64,000 nucleotides of DNA, from positions 40,721 through 104,720 of the forward strand of contig CAVRGP010000008.1 in NCBI GenBank assembly GCA_963720755.1, read 5' to 3'. The stretch comes from an uncultured Chloroflexia bacterium (GTDB taxonomy: Bacteria > Chloroflexota > Limnocylindria > Limnocylindrales > CSP1-4). This document shows, piece by piece, positions 10,676 through 19,715 of this stretch. The position numbers were made by a program, and so were the translations under genes. Position 1 is the stretch's first letter; every line of letters starts with the position of its first letter. Under the pieces are notes generated by a model that had not been told where the DNA came from, did no database searches, and saw nothing but the letters and a program-made list of their open reading frames with translations.

Positions 10676-11505
10676 GTCGTCCCGTGTCCCATCTCCTCCG
10701 GATCCTGGTACCAGGTCGCCCGTTCGCCGACCCGGGCGCGCAGCCGCCATTTCGTCGACTTGGGCGCGTCGTCGATCGCCTTCCGGAGGGCGGCGATCTG
10801 GTCGCCCGGATCGAACAGGTACGGCCGTCCGTTGGCCAGATCGAGGTCGTCCGGCTCGAGGTCGGTGGCGAGGTACTGGACGAGCTTGTCGAGGTTGCCG
10901 GTGACGGTCCGCCACCAACCCCAGTCGTTGGACGTGAACTTGAGGATCCTGGGCACGTTGATCGAGCCCAGCCCGTGCCGCGAGTCAGGCGCACCATCGT
11001 TCGGTCCGAGCGGGTGCTCGACCAGGAGGACGAGCGCGTCGAGCACATCCTTCCGGTTGATCTTGACGACCTGGAGCTTGGACAGGAGGAGTTCGGCCAG
11101 CGGGAGGGTCGGGCTGGACACCTCCAGGCGGTCGCTGAAGTCGAAGCGGTGGCACATCTCGAGGCTGTCGACCAGGACGTCCACGGGACGCTGGCGGGGC
11201 ACGTCCACGAAGTACGCCTGCTTGCCGCCGAAGAGCGCGTTGTGGCGCTTGTCGGGCGTGTAGCCCTCCGCGCTGAGGAGCGCGTAGAAGGCCGCGCGGT
11301 CCTTGGAGCGAGTCGCGAAGTCGAGATCCACCTCGACGCGGCGCGTTCTTGCGGGCCAGTCCGGGGCGTGGGCACGGATGGCCATCCCGCCCATGAGTCG
11401 GACGAGGAGTCCCTTGCTCTCCGCGACATCGACGACGCGCAACGACTCGGCCAACGGATCCTGCAGCGTCGGCAGATCGCCGGGGTCGCCAGGGCCAGCA
11501 GTCAT
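10672..11505 (-). CDS. Nucleotidyltransferase-fold protein
   Basis: LMGGMAI...DLDF, VDVLVD, and LLLSKLQ...RKDVLD, matching NTase-superfamily signatures. Confidence 0.65.
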   Translation of the reverse strand: MTAGPGDPGDLPTLQDPLAESLRVVDVAESKGLLVRLMGGMAIRAHAPDWPARTRRVEVDLDFATRSKDRAAFYALLSAEGYTPDKRHNALFGGKQAYFVDVPRQRPVDVLVDSLEMCHRFDFSDRLEVSSPTLPLAELLLSKLQVVKINRKDVLDALVLLVEHPLGPNDGAPDSRHGLGSINVPRILKFTSNDWGWWRTVTGNLDKLVQYLATDLEPDDLDLANGRPYLFDPGDQIAALRKAIDDAPKSTKWRLRARVGERATWYQDPEEMGHGTT

Positions 11506-11654
11506 CGCCCGTCCCTTCCATCGAGCACCGGTGATGCGATCGGATGCCCGATGGTCAGGGAGTATAGGGCTGCGACGAGCGTGCGCGGGCGCCCATACGG
11601 CGGGGTTCGGAGGTCCGCGTGGGGCGACACCGGTCGTCCTCCACGTTCACCGAC

Positions 11655-11683
11655 TTGACGCCCGGCCGCTGCGGCTGTCCAAT
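11655..11683 (+). promoter_or_regulatory. Putative sigma70 promoter of the ABC operon
   Basis: TTGACG-N17-TCCAAT. Confidence 0.4.
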
Positions 11684-11810
11684 GCGCGCGACGACCGCAC
11701 GGCTGGCCGTGCCGTCAGCCACAATGTCAGCCGGCGGCACGGGATCTCGGGAGACGAGGAGGTCTTTCGATCGCGAACCGCTGGTCATGAACGTCATCGG
11801 AGGACAGGAT

Positions 11811-12947
11811 TTGACTACGCATCGCAAGGTGACCCGGATCGCCGGGCTCCTGGTAGGCGCGAGCTTCGTGTTCGCGGCCTGCTCGTCATCCGGCTCGACG
11901 ACGGCCGCCCCTGGCGCGTCCGGCGGCACCGGTTCCATGGACGCCCTCGTCACGGCCGCCAAGGCCGAGGGTGGCCTCAACACCATCGCGCTGCCGCGCG
12001 ACTGGTGCAACTACGGCGCGCTCATCGACGGCTTCACCGCCAAGTACGGGATCCCGATCAACGGGCTCAACCCGGGTGGCGGATCCAAGGACGAGCTCGA
12101 AGCCATCAAGGCCAACAAGGACAACCCCGGCCCACAGGCACCTGACGTAGTCGACGTCGGCCTGTCGTACGGTCCCCAGGGCGTGACCGAAGACCTGTAC
12201 GCGCCGTACAAGGTCTCGACCTGGGACACGATTCCGGATTCGGCCAAGTCCGCGGACGGCGCCTGGTATGGCGACTATTACGGTGTCCTCGCATTCGAAG
12301 TGAATACCCAGGTCGTGACCAACGTCCCGAAGGACTGGTCGGACCTGCTCAAGCCGGAATACAAGAACATGGTCGCCCTCGCCGGTGACCCGACCGCCTC
12401 CAACCAGGCGACCTCGAGCGTGTGGGCCTCGGCCTTCTCGCAGCCGGACGGCGGACTCGACAATGCCGCGCCCGGTCTCGACTACTTCAAGCAGCTCAAC
12501 GATGCCGGCAACTTCGTGCCGGTCATCGGCAATGCCACGACGGTCGCCTCGGGTGAGACCCCGATCCGGATCGCGTGGACCTACAACGCGCTTGCCGACA
12601 AGGACTCGCTGGCCGGCAATCCCCCGATCGAGGTCGTCGTTCCGGCGACCGGCCAATTCGGCGGGATGTACGTCCAGGCGATCAGCAAGTACGCACCGCA
12701 TCCGAACGCGGCCAAGCTGTGGATGGAGTATCTCTACTCCGACGAGGGCCAGAACCTCTGGCTCGCGGGCTACTGCAACCCGATCCGCTATGACGACATG
12801 GTCGCCAAGGGGACCGTGGACAAGACCGCCCAGGCCAAGCTCCCGGACACCGCCGGGACCAACCTGCCGACCCTTGACCAGATCACGAAGGCTGCCGACG
12901 TGATCACAACGGGCTGGCCGACCGTGGTCGGGGTGACCGTTCAGTAG
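11811..12947 (+). CDS. ABC transporter substrate-binding lipoprotein (PotD/AfuA family)
   Basis: TTG start after GGAGG; lipobox FAAC; AAKAEG, PKDWSDLLKPEYK, APHPNAAKLW. Confidence 0.9.
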   Translation: MTTHRKVTRIAGLLVGASFVFAACSSSGSTTAAPGASGGTGSMDALVTAAKAEGGLNTIALPRDWCNYGALIDGFTAKYGIPINGLNPGGGSKDELEAIKANKDNPGPQAPDVVDVGLSYGPQGVTEDLYAPYKVSTWDTIPDSAKSADGAWYGDYYGVLAFEVNTQVVTNVPKDWSDLLKPEYKNMVALAGDPTASNQATSSVWASAFSQPDGGLDNAAPGLDYFKQLNDAGNFVPVIGNATTVASGETPIRIAWTYNALADKDSLAGNPPIEVVVPATGQFGGMYVQAISKYAPHPNAAKLWMEYLYSDEGQNLWLAGYCNPIRYDDMVAKGTVDKTAQAKLPDTAGTNLPTLDQITKAADVITTGWPTVVGVTVQ

Positions 12948-12981
12948 TGAGGGACCTGCCCGTGCCGACTCCGGTCGTACG

Positions 12982-13875
12982 GTGACAGCAACGACGGCTC
13001 GGGGCGCGCCAGCGGCGCGCCCCGTCCGGCGCCGCCTGGGCTGGTCATGGCTCGGGCTCGTTCCGTTCCTCCTCTTCGCCACGGCCTTCCTCCTCGTGCC
13101 GACCTTCGGTCTCGTCGTCGGCAGCTTCCAGGATCCGGCCGGACAACCCACCCTCCAGAACTACGCAGATCTGTCCCAGCCGGGGATCGTCAGCGCATAC
13201 GTCACCAGCATCGAGATCAGCCTGGTCACGGCCCTCCTCGGAGGGCTGTTCGGTTTCCTGCTCGCCTATGCAGTCATCTCCGGCGGCCTGCCCGGACCGT
13301 TCCGGGGCGGACTCATGACCTTCTCCGGCGTGGCCTCCAACTTCGCGGGCGTCCCGTTGGCCCTGGCATTCACCTTCACCCTGGGCCGCCTCGGGTTCAT
13401 GACCGTCTTCCTCAAGGACATTCTCGGGATCGACATCTACGGGAATGGGTTCACCATCTACTCCAAGCTCGGGCTGGAGATCGTGTACCTCTACTTCCAG
13501 TTCCCGCTCATGGTCCTGATCATCGCCCCGGCCATCGACGGTCTCCGCCAGGAATGGCGCGAAGCGTCCGAGAACATGGGGGCGAGTTCCTTCCAGTACT
13601 GGCGTCATATCGCCCTGCCGATCCTCACGCCGACCCTGCTCGGGACGATGATCCTGTTGTTCGGGAACTCGTTCGGCGCGCAGGCGACCGCCTATCAGCT
13701 GACCGGCGGACAACTCAACATCGTGACCCTGCTCATCACCCGCCAGATCCGCGGCGATGTGCTGAACAACCTGGGTCTCGGCTACGCGGTCGCGATGGGG
13801 ATGGTCGCCATCATGGGCGCGACGATCCTGATCTACGTTTGGCTGCAGCGTCGAGCGGAACGGTGGCAACGATGA
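12982..13875 (+). CDS. ABC transporter permease
   Basis: TM helices; EASENMGAS EAA loop. Confidence 0.92.
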   Translation: MTATTARGAPAARPVRRRLGWSWLGLVPFLLFATAFLLVPTFGLVVGSFQDPAGQPTLQNYADLSQPGIVSAYVTSIEISLVTALLGGLFGFLLAYAVISGGLPGPFRGGLMTFSGVASNFAGVPLALAFTFTLGRLGFMTVFLKDILGIDIYGNGFTIYSKLGLEIVYLYFQFPLMVLIIAPAIDGLRQEWREASENMGASSFQYWRHIALPILTPTLLGTMILLFGNSFGAQATAYQLTGGQLNIVTLLITRQIRGDVLNNLGLGYAVAMGMVAIMGATILIYVWLQRRAERWQR

Positions 13876-14678
13876 AGCTGACGAGACTCTGGTGGTGGGT
13901 CGTCTTCATCATCGGGTTCCTGTACTTCTTCCTGCCGTTGCTCGGAACGTTCGAGTTCTCGCTCGGCCACCCGCTCGGGCCGGTCCACGCTCCGGCGACC
14001 TTCGACTTCTACCGGGAGGTCATCAGCAGCCCAGCCTTCTGGCAGAGCCTCGGGTACTCGTTCATCGTCGGCGTCATCACGATCGTGGTCAGCATCGCGC
14101 TGATCATGCCCACCGCATTCTGGGTCCGGCTCCGGGTCCCCAAGGCTCGACCACTGGTCGAGTTCATCACCCTGATGCCATTCGTGATCCCGCCGATCGT
14201 GCTGGTCTTCGGCCTTCTCAAGACGTACAGCAAGCCGCCGTTCCCGTTCACCTACACGGACCTCGGCAGCACCGCCCTCCTCGTCTTCGCGTACGTCATC
14301 CTGTCGTTCCCGTACATGTACCGGGCGGTCGATACGGGGCTCCAGGCCATTGACATCCGGACCCTCACCGAGGCAGCCCAGAGCCTGGGGGCAGGCTGGA
14401 CACGGATCATCCTGCGAGTCATCCTCCCGAACGTCCGGGTCGCCCTGCTGAGTGGTGCCTTCCTGACCCTGGCCATCGTCATCGGTGAGTTCACCATCGC
14501 CATCTTCCTGGCCCGGCCGGCATTCGGACCGTATCTCTCTTTGCTCGGGCAGAACAAAGCGTACGAACCGGCGGCGGTCTCGATCATCAGCTTCGGCCTG
14601 ACCTGGCTGGCCATGATCCTCATCGCCTTCATCGGCCGTGGGTCGCGCACCGGGGTCACCCTCGGCGGTGCCCGCTAG
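13872..14678 (+). CDS. ABC transporter permease
   Basis: ATG 13872 (MKLTRL); EAAQSLGA loop. Confidence 0.92.
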   Translation: MKLTRLWWWVVFIIGFLYFFLPLLGTFEFSLGHPLGPVHAPATFDFYREVISSPAFWQSLGYSFIVGVITIVVSIALIMPTAFWVRLRVPKARPLVEFITLMPFVIPPIVLVFGLLKTYSKPPFPFTYTDLGSTALLVFAYVILSFPYMYRAVDTGLQAIDIRTLTEAAQSLGAGWTRIILRVILPNVRVALLSGAFLTLAIVIGEFTIAIFLARPAFGPYLSLLGQNKAYEPAAVSIISFGLTWLAMILIAFIGRGSRTGVTLGGAR

Positions 14679-14696
14679 GATGGACGAGGAGGCCCG

Positions 14697-15824
14697 ATGT
14701 CGTTCCTGACCCTGACAGGGATCCAGAAGCAGTTCCCCGGTGGCGTCGTCGCCGTGGCCGACTTCAATCTCGAAGCGGTCCGAGGTGAGTTCGTGTCGTT
14801 CCTGGGGCCGTCCGGGTGCGGCAAGACGACGACCCTCCGGATGATCGCCGGGTTCGAGAGGCCGACCGCCGGCACGATCGTCGTCGACGGGACCGACATC
14901 ACCTATCAGGCCCCCAACCAGCGCAACGTCGGGATGGTCTTCCAGTCCTACGCGCTGTTCCCCAACATGAACGTGGCCGACAACATCGGCTTCGGGCTCA
15001 AGGTCCGCAAGCGACCCAAGGCCGAGATCGCCCGGAAGGTCGCCGAGCTGATCGAGATGATGCATCTGGACGGTCGCGCCGACCGGTTCCCGTGGCAGAT
15101 GTCGGGTGGCCAGCAACAGCGGGTCGCGCTGGCCCGCGCGCTGGCGATCGAGCCGCAGGTGCTCCTGCTCGACGAACCACTGTCTGCGCTCGACGCGAAG
15201 ATCCGGATCGTCCTTCGCTCGGAGATCCGGTCGATCCAACGCCAGCTCGGGATCACGACCGTCTACGTCACCCACGATCAGGAAGAGGCCCTCTCGCTGT
15301 CGGATCGGGTGGTCGTCATGAGCGACGGTCACGTGGAGCAGATCGGCACACCGTCGGAGATCTATAACTTCCCGAGTACGGCCTTCGTCGCGTCCTTCGT
15401 GGGGACGCTCAACCTGGTCAACGCGGGTGTCATCGACGTCGAATCCGGCCGGCTCTCGATCGACGGGCAGGAAGTCCGGACGAGCAAGACGATCACAGGT
15501 GTCGGTGCGGGCGGTCGCGTGACTCTTGCCGTCCGGCCCGAAGGGATCAGTCTCGGTGACGGCGAAACCGGCGTGAACCGGGTAAAGGGCACCCTCCAGG
15601 ACATCAACTTCCTCGGGTCGATCGTCCGGCTCCGGGTGCGGCTCGATGCCGACACGAGCGGCAGCGGACGCACCGTCGTCGCGCTCGACACCTTCAACGA
15701 GCCACACCTCGCGCTCCCGGCCGTCGGGGAATCGATCGCCATCTCGTTCCCGCCTGAGGCCTGTTTCGTCCTCGGGGCCGCCCGTGACGAAGCGTCGGGT
15801 GCGGAGGCCGGCTCCGAGGTATGA
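14697..15824 (+). CDS. ABC transporter ATP-binding protein (PotA-like, TOBE domain)
   Basis: GPSGCGKTT, SGGQQQR, LLLDEP. Confidence 0.95.
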   Translation: MSFLTLTGIQKQFPGGVVAVADFNLEAVRGEFVSFLGPSGCGKTTTLRMIAGFERPTAGTIVVDGTDITYQAPNQRNVGMVFQSYALFPNMNVADNIGFGLKVRKRPKAEIARKVAELIEMMHLDGRADRFPWQMSGGQQQRVALARALAIEPQVLLLDEPLSALDAKIRIVLRSEIRSIQRQLGITTVYVTHDQEEALSLSDRVVVMSDGHVEQIGTPSEIYNFPSTAFVASFVGTLNLVNAGVIDVESGRLSIDGQEVRTSKTITGVGAGGRVTLAVRPEGISLGDGETGVNRVKGTLQDINFLGSIVRLRVRLDADTSGSGRTVVALDTFNEPHLALPAVGESIAISFPPEACFVLGAARDEASGAEAGSEV

Positions 15825-16576
15825 CCGCCGGGCCGGCTGGCCTGGACCTCCGCGCAGTCGACCTGGTCATCTTCGACAAGGACGGCACGCTTATCGACTT
15901 CGAGTCGATGTGGAGCCCGTGGGCAGTCGCCCTGGCCCAGGCGCTCCGGTCGGCGACTGGCCGCGCCATCGACGGCCCCCTCTTCGAGATGCTGGGCTAC
16001 GACGCCGCGACGGGCACGGTCCGGCCCGGCGGCGGACTGGCCGCGACGCCGATGGCCCGCCTACGGGAACGAACGCGTGACGTGCTGATCGAGGCGGGGG
16101 TGCCCGAAGACGATGCCGACCGTGCTGTCGAGGCAGCATGGCACGCCCCGGACCCGGTCGGGCTCGTCCACCCGCTCGTGGATCTTGCCGGGCTGTTCGG
16201 CCGGCTGCACGCAGCCGGGATCGCGGTCGCCATCGCCACCAGCGACGACCGCAGCCCCACGGAACGGACGCTCGCGGCCCTCGGCCTATCCGGCGTCATC
16301 GACGCGATGGTCTGTGCCGACGACGGTGTCCCACTCAAGCCGCAGCCGGACATGGTCCTGCGGCTGTGCGGCGAGGTCGGCGTGTCGCCGACACGCACGG
16401 CCGTCGTGGGCGATGCGCCGGCGGATGTGCAGATGGGCCGCTCCGCGGGCGCCGGGCTCGTGGTCGGGGTCCTGACCGGCGTCGGGACGCGAGCCGACCT
16501 GGAGTCGCTGGCCGATGTCGTGATCGACTCGATCGACGACCTGATGGCGAGGACCGGGGGCGTCCGCCCGTTCTAG
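15821..16576 (+). CDS. HAD-family phosphatase
   Basis: FDKDGTL, KPQPD, VGDAPAD. Confidence 0.9.
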   Translation: MTAGPAGLDLRAVDLVIFDKDGTLIDFESMWSPWAVALAQALRSATGRAIDGPLFEMLGYDAATGTVRPGGGLAATPMARLRERTRDVLIEAGVPEDDADRAVEAAWHAPDPVGLVHPLVDLAGLFGRLHAAGIAVAIATSDDRSPTERTLAALGLSGVIDAMVCADDGVPLKPQPDMVLRLCGEVGVSPTRTAVVGDAPADVQMGRSAGAGLVVGVLTGVGTRADLESLADVVIDSIDDLMARTGGVRPF

Positions 16577-17331
16577 GCGCGACCGCCCATGAGGCGGAGC
16601 ATGAACAGGAACAGGTTGATGAAGTCGAGGTAGAGGCGGAGTGCGCCGATGACGGCCGCCTTCTCCATGGAGCCCGTCTGCGCGGCCAGGTCACCCGACT
16701 GGATCCGCTGGACGTCATAGGCGGTCAGTGCGGTGAACAGGACGACCCCGATGACCGAGATGAGCCACGTGATCGGCGTGCTCTGGAGGAACAGGTTCAG
16801 GACCATCGCCACGAGCAGTCCGATGACGCCCATGAACATGAGCCCGCCCATCTTGGCCAGCGAGCGCTTGGTGACCGCGCCGTAGATCGCAGCCGCCCCG
16901 AACATCGCCGACGCGCTGAGAAAGGCCGTGACCACGGAACCGGTCGTGTAGCTGGCCACGATCAGGCCGATGGTGATGCCGAGCGAAGCCGCATAAACGA
17001 AGAACAAACCGAGCGCGGCCGTGGCACTGATCTTGTTGATGCCGGCGCTGATGACGACGACGAGTCCAAGCTGGGCCATGAACAGGATGAAGAAGCTGCC
17101 ACTCGCGAAGTTCAGCAGGGCATCGTTACTCTGGACCGCGTAGGCGACGATCGCGGTCGCCAGCAGGCCGGCGAACATCCACAAGAAGGCCTGGGACAGG
17201 AATGCAGCCTGCAGCCGCGCATCGGGCTTGACGCCCAGGGCCGACGGCGTGGCTCCCGGCGTGTGCGCGATCCCAGAGGCGGGGACGGCTGGCGGGGCGG
17301 AGTATCGAGTCGGGTTCTGGTTCTGTGTCAT
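16573..17331 (-). CDS. Bax inhibitor-1/YccA family membrane protein
   Basis: TAYDVQRI...GALRLYLDFINLF. Confidence 0.93.
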   Translation of the reverse strand: MTQNQNPTRYSAPPAVPASGIAHTPGATPSALGVKPDARLQAAFLSQAFLWMFAGLLATAIVAYAVQSNDALLNFASGSFFILFMAQLGLVVVISAGINKISATAALGLFFVYAASLGITIGLIVASYTTGSVVTAFLSASAMFGAAAIYGAVTKRSLAKMGGLMFMGVIGLLVAMVLNLFLQSTPITWLISVIGVVLFTALTAYDVQRIQSGDLAAQTGSMEKAAVIGALRLYLDFINLFLFMLRLMGGRA

Positions 17332-17356
17332 CGCAGGTTCTCCTGGATCCTCTCGG

Positions 17357-17707
17357 TCACCACATCAGGCCGGCGTCGCGCGGATCCCAGCGCTCCGCCA
17401 GCAGGGTCACTTTCACGTCGTGCTCGACCACGGTCTCGGTCTGCTCCTTGACCTGGGCGATCATCGACCCGGCGTACGGACAGAACGGCGTGGTGAGGAT
17501 CATCTTGACTTCGGTCGAGTCGGGTCCGAGCACGATCTGCTTGATCAGCGCGAGCTCGACGACGTTCATCCCGATCTCCGGGTCGACCACCGCCCGCAGG
17601 GCATCGAGGATCGCGAGCTCCGTGGCGCGGCGCTCGGGATCGAACGGGGATGGCTCGCTGACCGGGGTCGGATCCTGGTCGGCCGTCTCGGCGATGCTGT
17701 CGGTCAT
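17357..17707 (-). CDS. DUF59/SufT-like metal-sulfur cluster assembly factor
   Basis: VVDPEIGMNVVELALI, LTTPFCP. Confidence 0.9.
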   Translation of the reverse strand: MTDSIAETADQDPTPVSEPSPFDPERRATELAILDALRAVVDPEIGMNVVELALIKQIVLGPDSTEVKMILTTPFCPYAGSMIAQVKEQTETVVEHDVKVTLLAERWDPRDAGLMW

Positions 17708-17779
17708 GGACGTCTCCGCATGGTCGCAAGAGGGTACCATCCAGCCGCCAGGATGCCTTTCCGCGTGATGGTTCCCTGG

Positions 17780-18109
17780 TCAGGCCGCGGACGCGCCACC
17801 CTTGACCACGATGCCCGGAACCCGGTACTGGGCGGGCAGGGCCGCTGCCTCCGCCTCCGTGTAGCCGGGGCCGCGTAGCGAGCCGTCGGGCTCGAAGAAG
17901 TCCGCGTAGCGCGCCCGGTTCGCGTCCGCATACACGTACGCCGCGGCGACCCCGAGAACGCGCAGTTCCGGATGGTCCTTGAGGATGTTGACCAGGTCGT
18001 AGCCGTTCGACCGTAGCTCGAGCAACTGCCGGACGGTTAGGCGCGATCCATAGCAGAACGGTTCGCCGTTGAGGACGAGCGGATCCTGCTGGACCCATTT
18101 GATGGTCAT
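17780..18109 (-). CDS. DUF433 domain protein
   Basis: DPLVLNGEP...GSRLTV...ILKDHPEL. Confidence 0.8.
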   Translation of the reverse strand: MTIKWVQQDPLVLNGEPFCYGSRLTVRQLLELRSNGYDLVNILKDHPELRVLGVAAAYVYADANRARYADFFEPDGSLRGPGYTEAEAAALPAQYRVPGIVVKGGASAA

Positions 18110-18112
18110 GGA

Positions 18113-18595
18113 TCAGGCGCCCTTGTAGAGCAGCTGCAGGAAGGCATTCTTGCGGCGCGCGTCGCCGGCGATCCGCCGGTGCCAGCGATAGGCCGCGATG
18201 GCCGCGTCGAGGGCTTCGGAAGCGGCGTCCATCTCGGGCGGGGCAAGCACGGTCGGCATGGCCGCTCGGAGGCCCTCGCACAGGGCGATCACGTCGTCCA
18301 TCGGGGTCTGGCGCCGGCGATAGACGACAGCGGTCCACTCGGCATAATCGTGCGCCGGCCGTGGGTCGCCGATCGAGATGCACAGGGCGACCCGTTCGGC
18401 AAGGAGCTCGGCGTCGCGCAGGAGGTGACGCAGGCCGGCTTCGTCGTATCGAGCCCCGATCGTCGTGTCGGCGTCCATCGCGAAGGCCAGGGCACGACCG
18501 GCAAGGCGGGGGATGTCCTGGCGGAGGCGCGTGGCGGCCGCCGGATATCCAGCGGTTTGGTCGGGTGGCGGAAGGCCAAGACTGGGGTGGCTCAC
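18113..18595 (-). CDS. Hypothetical all-helical protein, possible globin/phycobiliprotein-like fold
   Basis: LLRD...GDP...Y...TP spacing; lies in an operon-like minus-strand run. Confidence 0.6.
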   Translation of the reverse strand: MSHPSLGLPPPDQTAGYPAAATRLRQDIPRLAGRALAFAMDADTTIGARYDEAGLRHLLRDAELLAERVALCISIGDPRPAHDYAEWTAVVYRRRQTPMDDVIALCEGLRAAMPTVLAPPEMDAASEALDAAIAAYRWHRRIAGDARRKNAFLQLLYKGA

Positions 18596-18684
18596 GATGG
18601 CTGGAGTCTAGCGTGGAGACCGGGGCCCTGCCACGCGCCGTGGTACCGGGGCCGTCAGGTCCCATCGGCGGCTACGATGGCCGC

Positions 18685-19212
18685 ATGAGCGATCCGACGC
18701 CAGCGCCCGGTTCGTCCGAGCCCGGGACCGGACAGGTCCCGGTGAGTCCTGGGGAGCGGCGCCTCGCCCGGCCGCCGTCCGACCGGTATCGTGCGGCCGA
18801 GGCGCGGGCCGCCGCAGCCGCGGCCATGACCCCGGATCCGAGGGCCTCGCTCGCTCGTGGCATCTCGCTCGCCCTCGTCGCAGCGCTCCTCGGCGCGGGC
18901 GCGATCGTCATCGTGGGCGGCGTCATGGCCTGGACGAACGGTCTGCTGGCGATCGCCGGGCTGACCGGGCTGGCGATCGGGGCGGGCCTTGCCTTCGGTG
19001 CGTCGGACCACCTGATGGGTCGGCGGCGGGTCCTCCTCGCGATCGGCCTGGCGCTCGGAGCGGTCGCCCTCGGCCAGCTCGGTCTGTGGCAGTTCGGGCG
19101 CTCCGAAGGCGGGGTCCTCTCGCTCATCGACTACCTCGCCCAGGTGTACGGTCTGCTCGTCGTTGCCGAATTCGTCGCCGCAGCGACCATCGCAGGCGTC
19201 GCGGCACGATGA
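18685..19212 (+). CDS. Hypothetical membrane protein
   Basis: Four hydrophobic segments; coupled to the GNAT gene. Confidence 0.7.
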   Translation: MSDPTPAPGSSEPGTGQVPVSPGERRLARPPSDRYRAAEARAAAAAAMTPDPRASLARGISLALVAALLGAGAIVIVGGVMAWTNGLLAIAGLTGLAIGAGLAFGASDHLMGRRRVLLAIGLALGAVALGQLGLWQFGRSEGGVLSLIDYLAQVYGLLVVAEFVAAATIAGVAAR

Positions 19213-19715
19213 CCGGCCGGCCCACGACCGATCGGCTCCGGTTCCGACGACCGACCGAGGCCGATCACACCCGCCTCGTCGGGCAGGTCGACGAATGGTG
19301 GGGTGGCCGCAGGATCCACCCATTGCTCCCCCGCCTGTGGTTCCAGCACTTCACCGGGACGTCCTGGCTGGCCGAGGACGACACAGGGCGACCGGTCGGG
19401 TTCCTGATCGGCTTCATCAGCCCGGACGATCCCGCCCAGGCCTATGTCCACATGGTCGGGACCAGCCCCAATCACCGCCGGTCCGGGCTTGGCCGCGAAC
19501 TGTACGAGCGCTTCTTCGGCGACGCCGCAGGCCGCGGGGCACGTCGGGTGACCGCGATCACCTGGCCCGGCAACCAGGGCTCGGTCGCATTCCATCGCGC
19601 CCTGGGGTTCACGATCGTGGATGAGCCCGGGACGCAGAATCTGTACGGCAATCGAGCCATACCCGACTACGACGCCGATGGCGACGACCGGGTCGTGTTC
19701 AGCCGGGGACTGTGA
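19209..19715 (+). CDS. GNAT N-acetyltransferase
   Basis: YVHMVGTSPNHRRSGLGRELY, N..SVAFHRALGF. Confidence 0.9.
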   Translation: MTGRPTTDRLRFRRPTEADHTRLVGQVDEWWGGRRIHPLLPRLWFQHFTGTSWLAEDDTGRPVGFLIGFISPDDPAQAYVHMVGTSPNHRRSGLGRELYERFFGDAAGRGARRVTAITWPGNQGSVAFHRALGFTIVDEPGTQNLYGNRAIPDYDADGDDRVVFSRGL

